A stretch of DNA of 64,000 nucleotides from Mobula hypostoma (lineage: Eukaryota). Below the pieces are notes generated by a model. The model was given only the letters and a program-made list of their open reading frames with translations, ran no database searches and was not told the origin of the DNA. The stretch spans positions 57,660,001-57,724,000 of the forward strand of contig NC_086116.1 of assembly GCF_963921235.1 (NCBI RefSeq). Reading direction: 5' to 3'. Position 1 is the first letter of the stretch, and each line of letters opens with the position of its first letter. The position numbers and the translations under genes were made by a program. Of this stretch, positions 63,357 through 64,000 are shown one piece after another.

Positions 63357-64000
63357 TTATAAGAAAAAGCGTTTGTTAGAAATCTGAAATATTAAAGGGA
63401 CAATGGTGCTCTGATAGAGTGGCTGCCTTAGTGTCAGAGACCCAGGTTGAGTTCGAGCTGGGGGGATGTTTGTGTGCAGTTTGCATGCTATACCTTTAAG
63501 TGTGGGTTTACATGGGTGTCTGATTCTCAACATTCAAATTTATTATCAGAGTACATACCTGTCAGCCCATACAACCCTGAGATTCCTTTTTGCAGGTATT
63601 CTTAGCAAATCTATAGAACAGTGGCTGTAACCTGTAAACATCAGGAACTTAACTGTAAACAAACTGTGCAAATGCTGATATAATAACGAGCATGAAATCC
63701 CAATATAACAGAGTCCTTAAGTGAGTGTAGCTGCCCCCTGTTGATCAAGATCAAGGCACCTGGAGCCTGCTTCCCACCCCACTCCTTCCGATGTTCCTGG
63801 CCTCTGCTTCCCTTGACCTCTGTTGATCAGGATTGACCACAGATGCTGCATTCTTGCTGTCTACTGTACGTTGGTGCAGCATCATCAGTCGATATGCACA
63901 CCAGACCAGTACGACGTGGAGAGTAACCTGTTGCCCGTGCAGCAGACTCCCCCTCTCCACACAGCTGATGAATCCAAAGGAACGGCGCCAGTAGTGTTGT

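Overview
This is eukaryotic, vertebrate genomic DNA, probably from a cartilaginous fish and likely a ray (inferred from the repeat families). It is not prokaryotic, and almost all six-frame ORFs are spurious or TE-derived. Reading splice sites by hand gives four intron-containing genes. (1) The last nine coding exons of STRIP2 (+, 1518-18571, 368 aa). (2) SMKR1 (+, main exon 27562-27804), with an RFX/forkhead CpG-island promoter near 24.8 kb. (3) A complete 11-exon, 418-aa pancreatic-type procarboxypeptidase A with CPA2-like specificity residues (-, 50487-31000). (4) The 5' end of TMEM209 (+, promoter about 58.7-58.9 kb, exon 60652-60784). Relative to human 7q32 this order implies an inversion. 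Introns and intergenic DNA are dense with TEs: Penelope-like elements (GIY-YIG, minimal hammerhead ribozymes, TSDs), L1/Tx1, CR1, Rex1/Babar, a full-length decayed RTE, RTE-derived non-autonomous elements, solo LTRs, Tc1 relics, hAT MITEs, tRNA-derived SINEs and several minisatellites. The most notable observations are an intact Penelope hammerhead ribozyme with related fold-back derivatives, a possible HDV-like pseudoknot at the 5' end of an RTE-derived element family, and a proCPA lacking the tryptic Arg at its activation junction. I found no convincing evidence of an entirely new multi-gene system.
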